Of a DNA stretch of 64,000 bases, positions 41,198 through 51,592 are shown one piece after another. The notes beneath the pieces were generated by a model. That model made no database searches, was not told the origin of the DNA, and saw only the letters and a program-made list of their open reading frames with translations. Both the position numbers and the translations under genes were made by a program. This DNA is from an uncultured Methanomicrobiales archaeon. Lineage in GTDB: Archaea > Halobacteriota > Methanomicrobia > Methanomicrobiales > Methanospirillaceae. How positions within the stretch are numbered: position 1 is the first letter of the stretch; each line of letters begins with the position of its first letter. The stretch lies in the NCBI GenBank assembly GCA_963697895.1, contig OY969100.1:1024001-1088000 (forward strand), read 5' to 3'.

Positions 41198-41812
41198 TTA
41201 TTTGAGTAACGCCTCCAGCCGCTTGTTCACGACATCCCAGTTCACGATCTTCCAGAAGGCCTCTATATACCGGGGCCGCTCGTTCCGGTAGTCGAGGTAG
41301 TAAGCATGCTCCCAGACATCCAGGACCATCAGGATGCGCAGGTGAGGGATGACATTCACGTTATGCTTCTCGACCTGCGTGATCAGCAGCCTGCCGGTCT
41401 GGCCGCACCGGACGAGCACCGCCCATCCCGATCCCTCCGTGCTGGATGCCGCCGCTGAAAACTCCTTCCTGAAGCGCTCGAAGGACCCGAACTCGTTCTT
41501 CAGGGCTTCCGGGAGAACGCCATGGGTCGGCTCCTGTTCAGCCGTTACGGCGGGGGCCAAGTTCTGCCAGAAGAGCCAGTGCAGGATGTGGCCGCCGGCC
41601 TGGAAGGACAATTCCTTAAGCGTCGCCTTCATGTCGATCTCCGTTCCTGCCTGGCGGGCCTTGTCCAGCCGCTCGAACAGGGCGTTCGCGCCGTTCACGT
41701 AAGCGGCGTGGTGCTTGTCATGGTGCAGCCGGAGCTGGGCCTCGGATAGGTAAGGCTCCAGGGCATTGTATGCATAGGGGAGCTCCTCCAGTATGTAAAA
41801 TCTGTTGACCAT
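41198..41812 (-). CDS. sod: Fe/Mn superoxide dismutase
   Basis: [28 protein letters not shown] and DVWEHAYY motifs. Confidence 0.97.
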   Translation of the reverse strand: MVNRFYILEELPYAYNALEPYLSEAQLRLHHDKHHAAYVNGANALFERLDKARQAGTEIDMKATLKELSFQAGGHILHWLFWQNLAPAVTAEQEPTHGVLPEALKNEFGSFERFRKEFSAAASSTEGSGWAVLVRCGQTGRLLITQVEKHNVNVIPHLRILMVLDVWEHAYYLDYRNERPRYIEAFWKIVNWDVVNKRLEALLK

Positions 41813-41953
41813 CGGGAAAATCATCTCCTCGGATAACGAGTGCATTGTGTGCAAACTACTTATCTCTTCTTTGATTTCCGGGAGGCGGGACAACCGATCG
41901 CAAACCGGTCTGTTCTGTATCCGCAGGCCGGGAAGAGGTGAAGAATATTCGCG

Positions 41954-42193
41954 TTACGCGCCGGTGTACTCTCTCCCCGGGTCCATTTCTTTCAATAACT
42001 CCAGGAACACGGTGAAGATGACCACTTCCAGGTAGTCGTTGGATGAAGGGAGTGCCGTACGATCGTACCGTTCCAGCACCCTGACCAGGTGCTCCCCGTA
42101 TTTCTGTTCATGGATCTTCAAGGGGCGGATTGCCCGTTTCCATCGTTCTATCACTTTCTTCATCTCGGCATCGGTGACCATTGCTTCTCTCAT
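41954..42193 (-). CDS. Small helical hypothetical protein
   Basis: MREAMVTDAEMKKVIERW..LE..FT..LELLK. Confidence 0.55.
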   Translation of the reverse strand: MREAMVTDAEMKKVIERWKRAIRPLKIHEQKYGEHLVRVLERYDRTALPSSNDYLEVVIFTVFLELLKEMDPGREYTGA

Positions 42194-42433
42194 GGGGGTC
42201 ACCGGGACATCAGGGGATCCTCCGGACAGGGCGAAAGTGAATGGACAGGGCAGGCAGACTGGGGAGAACAACCCGCTCGTAACGACATTTCACCCGATCT
42301 GCGCCAATTTCCGACGGAACGCAGAAACTTCCCCCTCCCCAAGGCCACTATAGTTCCCGACGAACCGGCCCGGGACAGCGAAGATCCTTGCAGGAAAAAG
42401 AGGAATTATGTAGCCACGGAGTCCCGGTACTCT

Positions 42434-43300
42434 ATGGATTCGCTCACCCATGCCTTCCTTATCTCCGCGGTCGCGGTAGTGGCCGGGCTCCCTGAGCTGA
42501 TCTCCTTCTTCGTCCTCGGTGCAGTCATCCCGGATATCGACATCCTCTTCAAGCATTTCTCGGACCCCTCCCCCCGGTTCTACATCTTCACCCACGGAGG
42601 GTTCACGCACAGCCTGGCCGGGAGCATCCTCACCGGGCTGGTAGCCTTTCTGGTGGTATCCGTGTTCTACGTTCCGACAACGGCCGCCGGGGTATTCGTC
42701 CCCCTCCTCGCGGTCATCGCCGGTGCCGTCTCCCACGTCTTCATCGACTTCCTCGCCTCTCCCGGCATACCGGTCCTGTACCCGCTCTCGGACCGGAAAT
42801 ATTCGCTGAACGTCTTTGCCGGCCCGAGCATCTTCATGTTCGTGGTCAGTATCGTTTTCGCTGCATTCTTCCTGCTCGGCCGGGAAGGGGTGGATGACCT
42901 CTACTTCTTTCTCTGGATCTTCATTGCGGTTCTGGTGGTGCGGTCAGCGGTAAAGGGCTACGTTTCCTACCGGATACCCGGACGGGTCCTTCCGAATCCA
43001 AACCTCATGAAATGGGTGATCCTGGACGACCGGGGAACTTCCGTGGAGGTGCGGCGTTTCCAGTTCTTCCGGGGATTATCGGAGGGTACGGTCTTCCCGA
43101 AGTTCCTCAACACCACCCCGGAGGAGATCTCTCGGTACCGGAACCTGCCCGAGGTGCGACGACACCGGTTCTACTCGTACCTGTCTATTGCCCGGAAAGA
43201 GGGCGACACGATCTCCTTCCACGATCCCCTTCGCGAGGAGCACTATTTCTGGTACCCTCCCGCATACCAGTCGATCCGGGTGGCGGGCGGGAGTACATAG
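42434..43300 (+). CDS. Membrane metal-dependent hydrolase (LexA-binding/YdjM-like)
   Basis: MDSLTH, PDID, HGGFTHS, SH..ID and G...LYP motifs. Confidence 0.88.
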   Translation: MDSLTHAFLISAVAVVAGLPELISFFVLGAVIPDIDILFKHFSDPSPRFYIFTHGGFTHSLAGSILTGLVAFLVVSVFYVPTTAAGVFVPLLAVIAGAVSHVFIDFLASPGIPVLYPLSDRKYSLNVFAGPSIFMFVVSIVFAAFFLLGREGVDDLYFFLWIFIAVLVVRSAVKGYVSYRIPGRVLPNPNLMKWVILDDRGTSVEVRRFQFFRGLSEGTVFPKFLNTTPEEISRYRNLPEVRRHRFYSYLSIARKEGDTISFHDPLREEHYFWYPPAYQSIRVAGGST

Positions 43301-43396
43301 GAGTGAGTCGGGACCCCATTCCTTGAAGCAACCGGGGACCCGGGCCGGAGTCCCCGGGTAATGAATGCCACAAATGAGAGAATGAGAGGCCGGAAT

Positions 43397-43984
43397 TTAC
43401 ATACCGGTCGTATTCGTTTCGGTGGGTTCCGGCGGGATCAATACCGTATCGATGACCTGGATGACCCCGTTGCCGGTCACGATGTCCGTCTGGATGATCT
43501 TTGCGTTATCGACATACACCTGGCCACCGGTCGCACTGATCGTGAGATTCTCTCCCATAAGGGTCTGCACCGTCGTCGTGTTCACGAGATCGGCTGCCCG
43601 GTACTCGCCCGGAACGATATGGTACAAGAGGATCAGGCTCAACTGCCCCTCGGGATCCGCCAGGAGGGTCTGAAGAGTACCATTGGGTAATTGGTTGAAT
43701 GCGTCGTCGGTGGGGGCAAATACGGTGAAGGGGCCGGGTCCGTCGAGTGCGTCACTCAGGTTCGCCTTCTGGAGTGCGGCTACGAACGTGGTGAACCTCC
43801 CGTCAGCGACGGCGGTGCCGATGATCGTATGTGCAGGAGTCCGAGTAGTCGGCACTTCGGTCGGGGAGACCGGTGTGGCAGTCGGTGTCGCGGTCGCCGG
43901 TGGCATCGCCGGAGTCGTGCAGCCCGCAATCAGCACGCCTGCCAGACAGAGACATATGAACAGGAACAGAATCTCTTTCTTCAT
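43397..43984 (-). CDS. Fasciclin (FAS1) domain lipoprotein
   Basis: Lipobox IAGC, TVFAPTDDAF, LLYHIV and NGVIQVID motifs. Confidence 0.93.
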   Translation of the reverse strand: MKKEILFLFICLCLAGVLIAGCTTPAMPPATATPTATPVSPTEVPTTRTPAHTIIGTAVADGRFTTFVAALQKANLSDALDGPGPFTVFAPTDDAFNQLPNGTLQTLLADPEGQLSLILLYHIVPGEYRAADLVNTTTVQTLMGENLTISATGGQVYVDNAKIIQTDIVTGNGVIQVIDTVLIPPEPTETNTTGM

Positions 43985-44220
43985 GGGATCGACCTCTCAT
44001 GGTATCCTAAACCATCCGAAATCCGATCATATATGTATTCCGAAGTTCGGATGTGGCTGCCCCGGGAAAGGGTTCTGATAATTTTGCGGTTGATATCCGG
44101 CTCCGTCCCCGGACCAGACACCTGATGAGGAGCCATGCATACTCATGCACGGGAGCGGTTTTGAGAATACCCTCGCACATATTTCCGTATTCTCTTCAGG
44201 ATATCAGGTATCCCGCAGCT

Positions 44221-45348
44221 TCAGAGGACCTCCTTCAGTAACGGTACCTTTCGGAAGACAAAGTGTGTCATCGCATAGCAGAGGGGAACGCAGATGACAC
44301 AAAGAAGAAGCCACTTCGCGACCGGGTAGAACACGATAAACGGCGTGAACAACAGGGTGACGGGAACGATGATCGGGGGATGGAACATATAGACGGCAAA
44401 CGAGTTGTCCGACAATTTCTTGACCAACGTATTCTGGCGGTTTATTTTCTCCCGGAAGAGGGCTATCAGGGCGATGCTCATGGCAACCGCGACGAAGGAC
44501 TCCCATACGGAAAATCCGGCACTCTGCCAGGTCAGCCCTCCCATAAGGGCGGCGATATTTCCGCTGAGCGTGGCCGCAATGATCAACGCCAGCCATGCAA
44601 GGAAGCCCAGGACGATGCCGCCGATGAGCCAGCGCTTTCCCGTTCGATAGCTGATCCGTGCGAACAGGTTGTTCCTGTACGCGGCGATACCCACGATGAA
44701 AAGGGCAATGTACGAGGCGAAATAGCAGAGCTGCATATTCAGGATGCTCGTCCCGATCGGCTGTACGATCCGGATCAGGAAGGCAGAGACGGAGATGATC
44801 AGGATAAGGGCGACCGCCCGGGCAAATGTCGGCTCAAGCTGCGTCCCACCGGAAACGGGAACGCGCCTGCGGGCAGCCAGGCGCACCACCGCGTACACCA
44901 GCGAAAAGCCAAAGAGCGCCACCGCGAGCCACATCACCCCGGTGCCCGAGAGAAAACCGACGAGGTCAAACCCGGTATACGGATTCCCGAGTTCCACGTA
45001 CTCGATGAACGGCGTTATCGCCACCATATAGATCAGGGTCGGGATGATCAGGCGCCTGAACCGCCCCCCGACGAATAGGCCGAAGCCCTTCCGGTCGTAG
45101 CTCCCCGCGACAAAATAGCCGGAGACCATGAAGAGGAGCCCCAGGAAATATGCCTGTTGAAACGAGAGGTAAAATGCGAACCAGATGGTGGATGCTGTGG
45201 TCAGGTTACCTGCATCGATGTAGTACCAGCTGCCAAAGCCGCTGTACGTCACCGCCAGGTGGTGCATAACGACAAAGGTGATTACCAACAGCCGTATATT
45301 GTCAATATACAGCAGCCTTTCCTTTATATTGCCTGTCGGGTCAGCCAT
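44221..45348 (-). CDS. Acyltransferase family 3 (OpgC-like) membrane protein
   Basis: YIDNIR..VVMHH, F.VSGYF, R..RL.IP and SFAVY.FH motifs. Confidence 0.9.
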   Translation of the reverse strand: MADPTGNIKERLLYIDNIRLLVITFVVMHHLAVTYSGFGSWYYIDAGNLTTASTIWFAFYLSFQQAYFLGLLFMVSGYFVAGSYDRKGFGLFVGGRFRRLIIPTLIYMVAITPFIEYVELGNPYTGFDLVGFLSGTGVMWLAVALFGFSLVYAVVRLAARRRVPVSGGTQLEPTFARAVALILIISVSAFLIRIVQPIGTSILNMQLCYFASYIALFIVGIAAYRNNLFARISYRTGKRWLIGGIVLGFLAWLALIIAATLSGNIAALMGGLTWQSAGFSVWESFVAVAMSIALIALFREKINRQNTLVKKLSDNSFAVYMFHPPIIVPVTLLFTPFIVFYPVAKWLLLCVICVPLCYAMTHFVFRKVPLLKEVL

Positions 45349-45474
45349 CCATCAATGACCTTCATTTCCTCTCGTGAGTGTTCTCTTCTCATCCCCTTAT
45401 TATTGCCTATCCCGCATCCCGTTCTTCAGGCGGACATCTCAACCATACAAATATCTTTGAGGATTTTGCTTACC

Positions 45475-45668
45475 CCGTCGAGCGGGCTCGGGAAGATGAC
45501 CGGAAAGGAGGGACCGGGACCACAACCCGGTCGCAGATGAGTTCCGAGGGATCAATTTCCCAGACCCTTTCACAAAAATGGGCGTCATTGAACGACTCCC
45601 CGGTCGTATACGAATACGAAGCCGATGAGAATGGAAATACCAGCGTAAAAGGCTGGTTGTTGAAATAA
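45475..45668 (+). pseudogene. 3' fragment of a paralogue of 19213-19620
   Basis: SGLGKMTGK and QTLSQKWASLNDSPVVYEYEADENGNTSVKGWLLK* match SGVGKMTGK..QTTSQKWAALNSSSFVYEYDTDEMGNTSVKIWAWK*. Confidence 0.8.
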
Positions 45669-45803
45669 TCCCCTTTTTTTACTCCCGCGTCAATGAAACC
45701 ATCACCGCGAAGCCCCTTATATTCGAATGAATGTACTGCCTCCGGGGCAGTCTGACGAAAAGCCTGACTGAGGTTTCTCCCCGAATGATGGGAGACGAAC
45801 CCT

Positions 45804-48800
45804 TCACCCGGCCCCTTCCGCCCGGTTTCCTTCCCGCACCAGCCTCCCGTAACACTGCTCGCAGCACTTCGTCCTTTTTGTGGGATTCCGGTACACCGCC
45901 TCGTTCTCCCCGCAGATGTCACACCTCCCGACCGAAACGTTCAGTCGGTGGAAATCGCGGTGGTCCAGGATGCCGGGGATGGGGATTGTTCCGGATGAAC
46001 GGATAGTATTGTTATCAGGCGATCGCTCCTTCGCCCGGGAGTCTTCCGGGTGATCCGGTATGTCAGAGCGTGATCGCTCCTTCTCACGTGATCTTTTCAT
46101 ACGATCCGGTTTATCACTATGAGGTCGTGGTTTCTCCCGTGCTCTTTTTAGGCACTCATAACAGAGATACTGATCCGGAGGATCCCCTGGTGTTATCTTC
46201 AGCGAGGTCGTCGGTGACTTCCCGCAGACATGGCAGGGTACCGGGGACTCGAACGGGAGTGCGACATAGTCCTGTTCGCGGATCTGATCCCAAGATCCCA
46301 CAAGGGATCTGTTTGGGATCAGGTCTGGGATCTGCTGATTCTCGATATCTGTAATTATTTTTGCAATATCTCCATTTTGTGAGATATTATCGTCTGAAGA
46401 TCCCAGTTCTTCCGGATCGCACGCGGGCGGATTTTTCTGATCAAAATCGGAATTTTGGATCTGTGCCGAGAGGGAAGCTACTGCGCTTTCCTGATTATGG
46501 GATCTTGAGGGAGTACCTGTACTATTATTTAGAATATTATTATCCAAATTGAGTATTGTAGCATTTTCCATAGGTTTCGATCTGATCCCAGTCAAGATCC
46601 CAACCTGATCCCAACCTGATCCCATGGGATCTTCAGGATCGTTCATGTCCTGTACACCCTGATCCTGTTCATCAGGTACAAGCCAGACACCGTTACTCCG
46701 GTTCCAACTTTTGTACTGTTCATAGTTGAAGATGTAGTGATTTTCCCGCCTTCGTGTGATCGACTCCAGGCTCCCTTCGCTCGTGGTGGTCTCAATGTAC
46801 CCGAGTGCGGGACATTTCGCGAGAAGACCTCCCGGTACCCCATCCCGATCCGGTCTTCCATGAATGATTCGCCGAATCACGTTGTGCGACAGCCCCATCC
46901 ATGCCTGGGCGTCCCGGATCGTAAACTCGTTCTTCCCCATCGCGATCACCGAGTCGACGAGGAGCTGCTCGTTCTTGAGGAGCTTCGAGGTCTGGCCGCC
47001 GCTCGTCGTGTCGAGGGCGGTGAAGAGGTCGGCGGCGTTGGAGAAGTCCTCCTCCGTCGCGTCGATCTCGATGCTCCCGTCCGGGAGGGTCCGGGACGGG
47101 CGCTGCATGAACTTGAGGACGGCATGCGACCGGATGATGTCGAGGAGCATGATCGGGTTCCGGCGGTTCCGGATGCTGTCCATCCGGATCCGGTGGGCGA
47201 ACGGGACCCGGACGGTGAAGAGGTGCTCCCGGATGATCGCGAAGATCTCCCGGCAGACGGCCTGGTCATCCTCTTCCTCTTTTGTGCCGGCGGAGAGGCG
47301 GGCCCGGGCGAAGATGTGGTCCCGGACCCGGCGGTCCTGCTGCTCCGAGTCGTCGATCCAGGGGTTCATCATCCGGTTCAGCACCTGGTCGTCCCCGGGG
47401 TTGTCCACCGAGAGGATCCACCAGACGCAGCGGGGAGGGAGGGAGAGGACCACGGGCAGCCGGTTCGCGTTCAGGGTGAAGTGGGCGAGCGGCTGCTGGA
47501 ACCCGGAGGTCGCGTTTTTTAAGACTTCCCGGATGTCCTCGTTCATCGCGAAGTCGTCGAAGATGATCACGGTCCCCGGGTCGAGGGTGTGGTAGAAGAG
47601 CGCCTTCGGGGTGATCGATCCCTGCATCTTCGCGGGCTCCGGGAGGAGCCGGAGGAAGGCGTGGGCGGAGTCGCTCTTCCCTTTCCCGGAGTCCCCGGTG
47701 GGGCAGACGTGGAGCCCCCGCGAGTTCTGCACCGAGGAGGAGAGGGTGCTCGCGAGGTAGCAGGCCGCCACGATCCCGTCCCCGACATGGCACTTCGCAA
47801 AGGTCCCGAGGATGAACCGGCCCGGGTCCCCGTCCCGGAGGATCGCGAGTGCCCGTTCCCGCGATGGACCAGAATGTTTATTTTCTTTTACATCTACCAA
47901 CTGGTCAGGAGAGTATGCGGGTTGTTCCCGCACGGGAGTGGAGACGGTTCTTCCGTTTTGCTGAGCAGACGACCCCCCAATACCCTGCACGCGGGAAGAT
48001 TCCGATTCTTTTGCATAGTCCGAATCTCCTGCTCCCCGCTCTCCGGTAATGTATGCGATCTCCCCGGTCTCATTCCGGGGGGATTGCTCCTGATCTTCCG
48101 GATATGGTTCGGGCCGGAGGGTACTGTCCGGCTGATCCCGGGTATCCGGATCATTCCCCGGGAGCCGGTTGTCCATGCTCACAGGTGCTTCCGGATTATT
48201 TCCGAGGAGCTTGTGGTTGTTCCTGATCTCCGGTTGATCCCGGCTATACGGATCATTCCCGGGTGGTCTGCGGGTATCCATGCTCACGGGTGCTTCCGGA
48301 TTATCCCGGGAGAGCTGGTGTTCTTGATGATCCCGGCCATACGGATCATTCCCGGGTGATTGGCGGGTATCCATCCGTTCCGCGTACTCCTTCTCGTGCA
48401 TCATCCGGAGTTCCTGCCAGCGTTGCCTTCCGCCGCCGCAGCCCGCGTGTTTGCAGCCGGCATGGACCGCACCGTTCCCGAACTGGATCGCGAACGCCCC
48501 GTCCCGGTGGGCGCCGGAGAACGGGCACTCCTCGAGGATGAAGAGCCGGCCCCCGTTCCAGGGCTTCTCCGACCGGACCCGGATCCCGTGCTCCCGGAAC
48601 CACCCGGGGAGGTCGATCGGGACGAGCGGGTCATCGTAGACCTTCGTCTTATGAAGGGCTTGGTTTCGCGTCGAACTACTCGTCGACGAATTCCGATCGG
48701 CGTAACTCTCCCGGATTTGCCCGGAATATTTTGCAATTGACCCCGGAATTCCGCCGGCGGATGGCTGCTGCCGGATTTTTGGGATCACCGGAGACCCGTT

Positions 48801-49572
48801 CCGGGCAGATTCAGCCTCCGGCAGCAGTTGCGAGAGCGCTCCGAGTATTTCGCGTGGAACCACCGCGACGGGTTCCGGGACGGAGACCAGCCGCGATCTC
48901 CGGTAGGGACGGTCCGCGGTCCAGTCGCCTTTCCGGGAGACGGTCCCGTACAGCTTCCAGATCCGGCCGGCGTTGTACACCGCCGTGTCGATGGAGCAGC
49001 GCTCGTCGGAGAAGAGGGCCGAGAGGACGGCGAGCGCCTGCTGCACGAGCTGCCTGCTGTCGTCGTCGTTCGGCAGGTCGACCCGGTAGAGGAGATGTGC
49101 CCCATTCCCGGAGTCTCCCCTCACGGGTTCGGGGAATCCGTGCTCCCCGAGCCAGGCGGCGAGGTCCTCCGCCTTCTTCAGGGCGAGGGCATGCTCCTCT
49201 GCCGTGGACGAGACCCCGCTCGGCCGGACCGGGTCAATGTCGACCGGGAACCATCTCCGGCGAACGATGTCGCTGTCCGCCGTCGTAGCATCCTTCCGGC
49301 CGAGCCGCATCTTCACCCGGTTTGCCCGCCGGGCGAGGAGTGCCGGCGCCACCTCGTTCAGGGTGATGTACACCCCGTTCACCGTCGAGAAGTCGAGGCT
49401 GTTCCGCAGCAGAGGCGACGAGCTTCGGGTCGTCGAAGTACCCGCTGTGCGTGCCGTCCTCCGCGATCGCCCGGACCTCCACGACCCCGCCGGGAGCAGC
49501 AAGGAGCCGGACGGTCCGCTCGACCGCATCCTTCATCGTCGCCGCATCCGGGAGGGGAGCGGCGTCAGGCAT
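45804..49572 (-). CDS. Mobile-element replication protein: AEP-type primase + Zn finger + P-loop helicase + C-terminal Zn fingers (apparent frameshift near 49400)
   Basis: VDIDP, DSGNGAHLLY and DTAVYN..RIWKLYG (AEP motifs); CPF..H..C.H..C; GDSGKGKS Walker A and IIFDD Walker B; CHVC/CYEC and CDIC/CEQC. The natural-looking N-terminus (VVEVRA..SGYFDD) is in ORF 49234-49572. Confidence 0.75.
48140..48375 (-). repeat. Coding repeats in the primase-helicase linker
   Basis: MDTRQSPGNDPYGRD / MDTRRPPGNDPYSRD / MDNRLPGNDPDTRD, and NPEAPVS twice. Confidence 0.85.
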
Positions 49573-50488
49573 GCCCGTTCACCTGCGAAGCGATCTGTGG
49601 CGAGGATTCAGATGGTGATGAGGGGAGAGGGGATCCGGTTGTTGCGGTACACGGATCTGATGCAACAGGAACAGGGGTACCGGATGGATCTGGCTGGGGA
49701 ACTGGTACTATAGTACTTGGTATTCCCGGAAGAGGATCCGGCTCGGGAGACTGTACTGTAGTACTTGTTATTCTCGAGAGGGGATCTGGTTGGGAAGTCC
49801 GACCTGGCATACCTGCTATTTCGGAGAGGGGATCTGCCCCGGGAGACTCTACTGTAGTATTTGTTATTCTCGAGAGGGGATCTGGTTGGGAAGTCCGACC
49901 TGGCATACCTGCTATTTCGGAGAGGGGATCTGCCCCGGGAGACTCTACTATAGTACCTGTTATTTTTAGGAATGGATCTGGCCGGGGAGCAAGTACTATA
50001 GTACCTGTTATTCTCGAACGAGGATCCGCTCCGATGGCTCCGGTTGGATCCGTAATCGCATTCGCTCCTCCATTCCTGCCCATTCCCCGTTCGACTGCCC
50101 TGGCCCGGTTCTCATCCCCGTACTCTTCGCCATCCGGATCGTACCCGGCATGCCGGACCCTCCTGATCCCGCCGGGGTACACCATATAGTACTTCCACCC
50201 GTCCGGTGGGGAGAGGACCCAGCATTCCTTCCGGATTACCTCCGGGTTCCCGATCGACCGGAGCCGGTCCAGCTCTTCCCCGTAGAGGATGGATACCGCA
50301 CGGGCACCCGGGACCGGCCGTCTCGACCGGCGGACCATGAGGAGGAGAAACTCCCCTTCCCGTGCGGCAAAGAGATCCGGCGGAGATCGTTCCCCGTAGC
50401 ACCGGGTGACGTACCAGCCCTGCTCCCGGAGGATATGGCATGCCTCGTACTCCGCATCGCACGCCTTCCGGTACCCTCCTTCCGTCAT
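49565..50488 (-). CDS. Hjc/PD-(D/E)XK-like nuclease domain fused to a low-complexity 16-aa repeat tail
   Basis: GY..EYEA..L...GW.V.R...SPPDLFA....LL.MVRR resembles the archaeal Holliday junction resolvase fold; repeat tail follows. Confidence 0.65.
   Translation of the reverse strand: MTEGGYRKACDAEYEACHILREQGWYVTRCYGERSPPDLFAAREGEFLLLMVRRSRRPVPGARAVSILYGEELDRLRSIGNPEVIRKECWVLSPPDGWKYYMVYPGGIRRVRHAGYDPDGEEYGDENRARAVERGMGRNGGANAITDPTGAIGADPRSRITGTIVLAPRPDPFLKITGTIVESPGADPLSEIAGMPGRTSQPDPLSRITNTTVESPGADPLSEIAGMPGRTSQPDPLSRITSTTVQSPEPDPLPGIPSTIVPVPQPDPSGTPVPVASDPCTATTGSPLPSSPSESSPQIASQVNGHA
49686..50030. repeat. 8 x 48-bp degenerate repeats including a near-exact 96-bp duplication
   Basis: GGATCY occurs at 49686, 49734, 49782, 49830, 49878, 49926, 49974 and 50022. 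Confidence 0.92.
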
Positions 50489-50964
50489 GGTTCCACCATC
50501 TGGGAATGGAGCAGGAGGTTCCGGGTACCGGATCCACGATTCGGTTTCAGCAGCATGGGGAGAAGATTCCCGTTACCGGATCCATGAGCGGACCGAATCA
50601 ATAGAAGCAGGGGATTCCCGGCACGGGATCCATGGATCCGCATCGATGACGGGAGAACGTTCTCGATATCGGATCCATGGATCGGTGGCATGAGGTTCCT
50701 GCTGCCGGATCCATGACCTGGTCGCATCAGTGGCGGCAAAAGATTTCCGTTACCGGATCCCTGGACCTGGCTTACCGGCGGCAAAATACTATCCTCATCA
50801 TTCCGTCGTATCCATCTATCCTGCCGATCCTCCTCTGCGGGATCGGTATTGGCAAATTCAGCTCTTCTTAAAATACATACGGAGCCGGCATCCTGGTACG
50901 ATTCGACCAGCCCCGTCATCTGTTCCTGTTCCTGTTCCAGTTCTGTATACAACATGGCAATCAC
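50485..50964 (-). CDS. Hypothetical protein with HGSGxxNLL repeats
   Basis: Overlaps the downstream start (ATGA); GGATCC-centred repeats spaced about 36-48 bp at 50531-50760. Confidence 0.5.
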   Translation of the reverse strand: MIAMLYTELEQEQEQMTGLVESYQDAGSVCILRRAEFANTDPAEEDRQDRWIRRNDEDSILPPVSQVQGSGNGNLLPPLMRPGHGSGSRNLMPPIHGSDIENVLPSSMRIHGSRAGNPLLLLIRSAHGSGNGNLLPMLLKPNRGSGTRNLLLHSQMVEP

Positions 50965-51145
50965 GGTTCAATTCATTATTCAACAACAATGCGGGAAGGG
51001 CAGCGCCCGGGCTCATCAAGACAACAATAACGGCTGGTATCACGGGCACCGGAAGATCGGAACAGAACTCCATCCCGGTCTCGCCGTGCGAAAAAAATGG
51101 CCGTTCAGAGTCCCGTTTTACAGCCGGTACCCGGTGCACCAGCCG

Positions 51146-51388
51146 TCATCGTCGGGTATAAAAGAGAAGGCTATTGAAGGAATGAGTTCCACCAGAGATC
51201 AGGCTTCCGTGGTGAGCAGAACCTAACCTCAAATGCTGCGGTGCCGACCGGAATTTTAGTGTCCCGGTCAGCACATTCACCACGAGCCAGACCTTTACGA
51301 TCCTCGTGATGACTGCCGCCCGTAATACGGGTGCATGTACCACCGATCGCGCTGTTTTGTCCAGGCTCGTGAGGAATCTCCGGATCAT
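51146..51388 (-). CDS. Small hypothetical protein
   Basis: 80-aa ORF co-oriented with the replication module. Confidence 0.35.
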   Translation of the reverse strand: MIRRFLTSLDKTARSVVHAPVLRAAVITRIVKVWLVVNVLTGTLKFRSAPQHLRLGSAHHGSLISGGTHSFNSLLFYTRR

Positions 51389-51592
51389 TGCTGTGCCTGT
51401 AGTGTTGCTTTTTCAGAGAATAATGATTGTGGTTACTTTGGGGATTGGGGGAAACTGCGGGGGGTATGCGGGATTTGAGAGGAGGGGTGGGGGCGGTACG
51501 GGGGGGGAGTGCGGGGAGAGGGAGGGGGATTGGGAAAGTGGATTTTGAGAGAGGAGAATTTTTTTAAGATGATAGGCGTGAGGTTTTTCTAT

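Larger units (their letters stand above)
45804..51388 (-). mobile_element. Plasmid/virus-derived replication module (integrated, boundaries uncertain, no integrase seen)
   Basis: Co-oriented overlapping genes for a primase-helicase, an Hjc-like nuclease and small ORFs; sharp composition change at about 51550. Confidence 0.6.

Noticed and set aside
49395-49430. Programmed ribosomal frameshift in the primase-helicase
   Set aside because: No slippery heptamer is visible at the shift, and similar indels in unrelated genes suggest error or decay.
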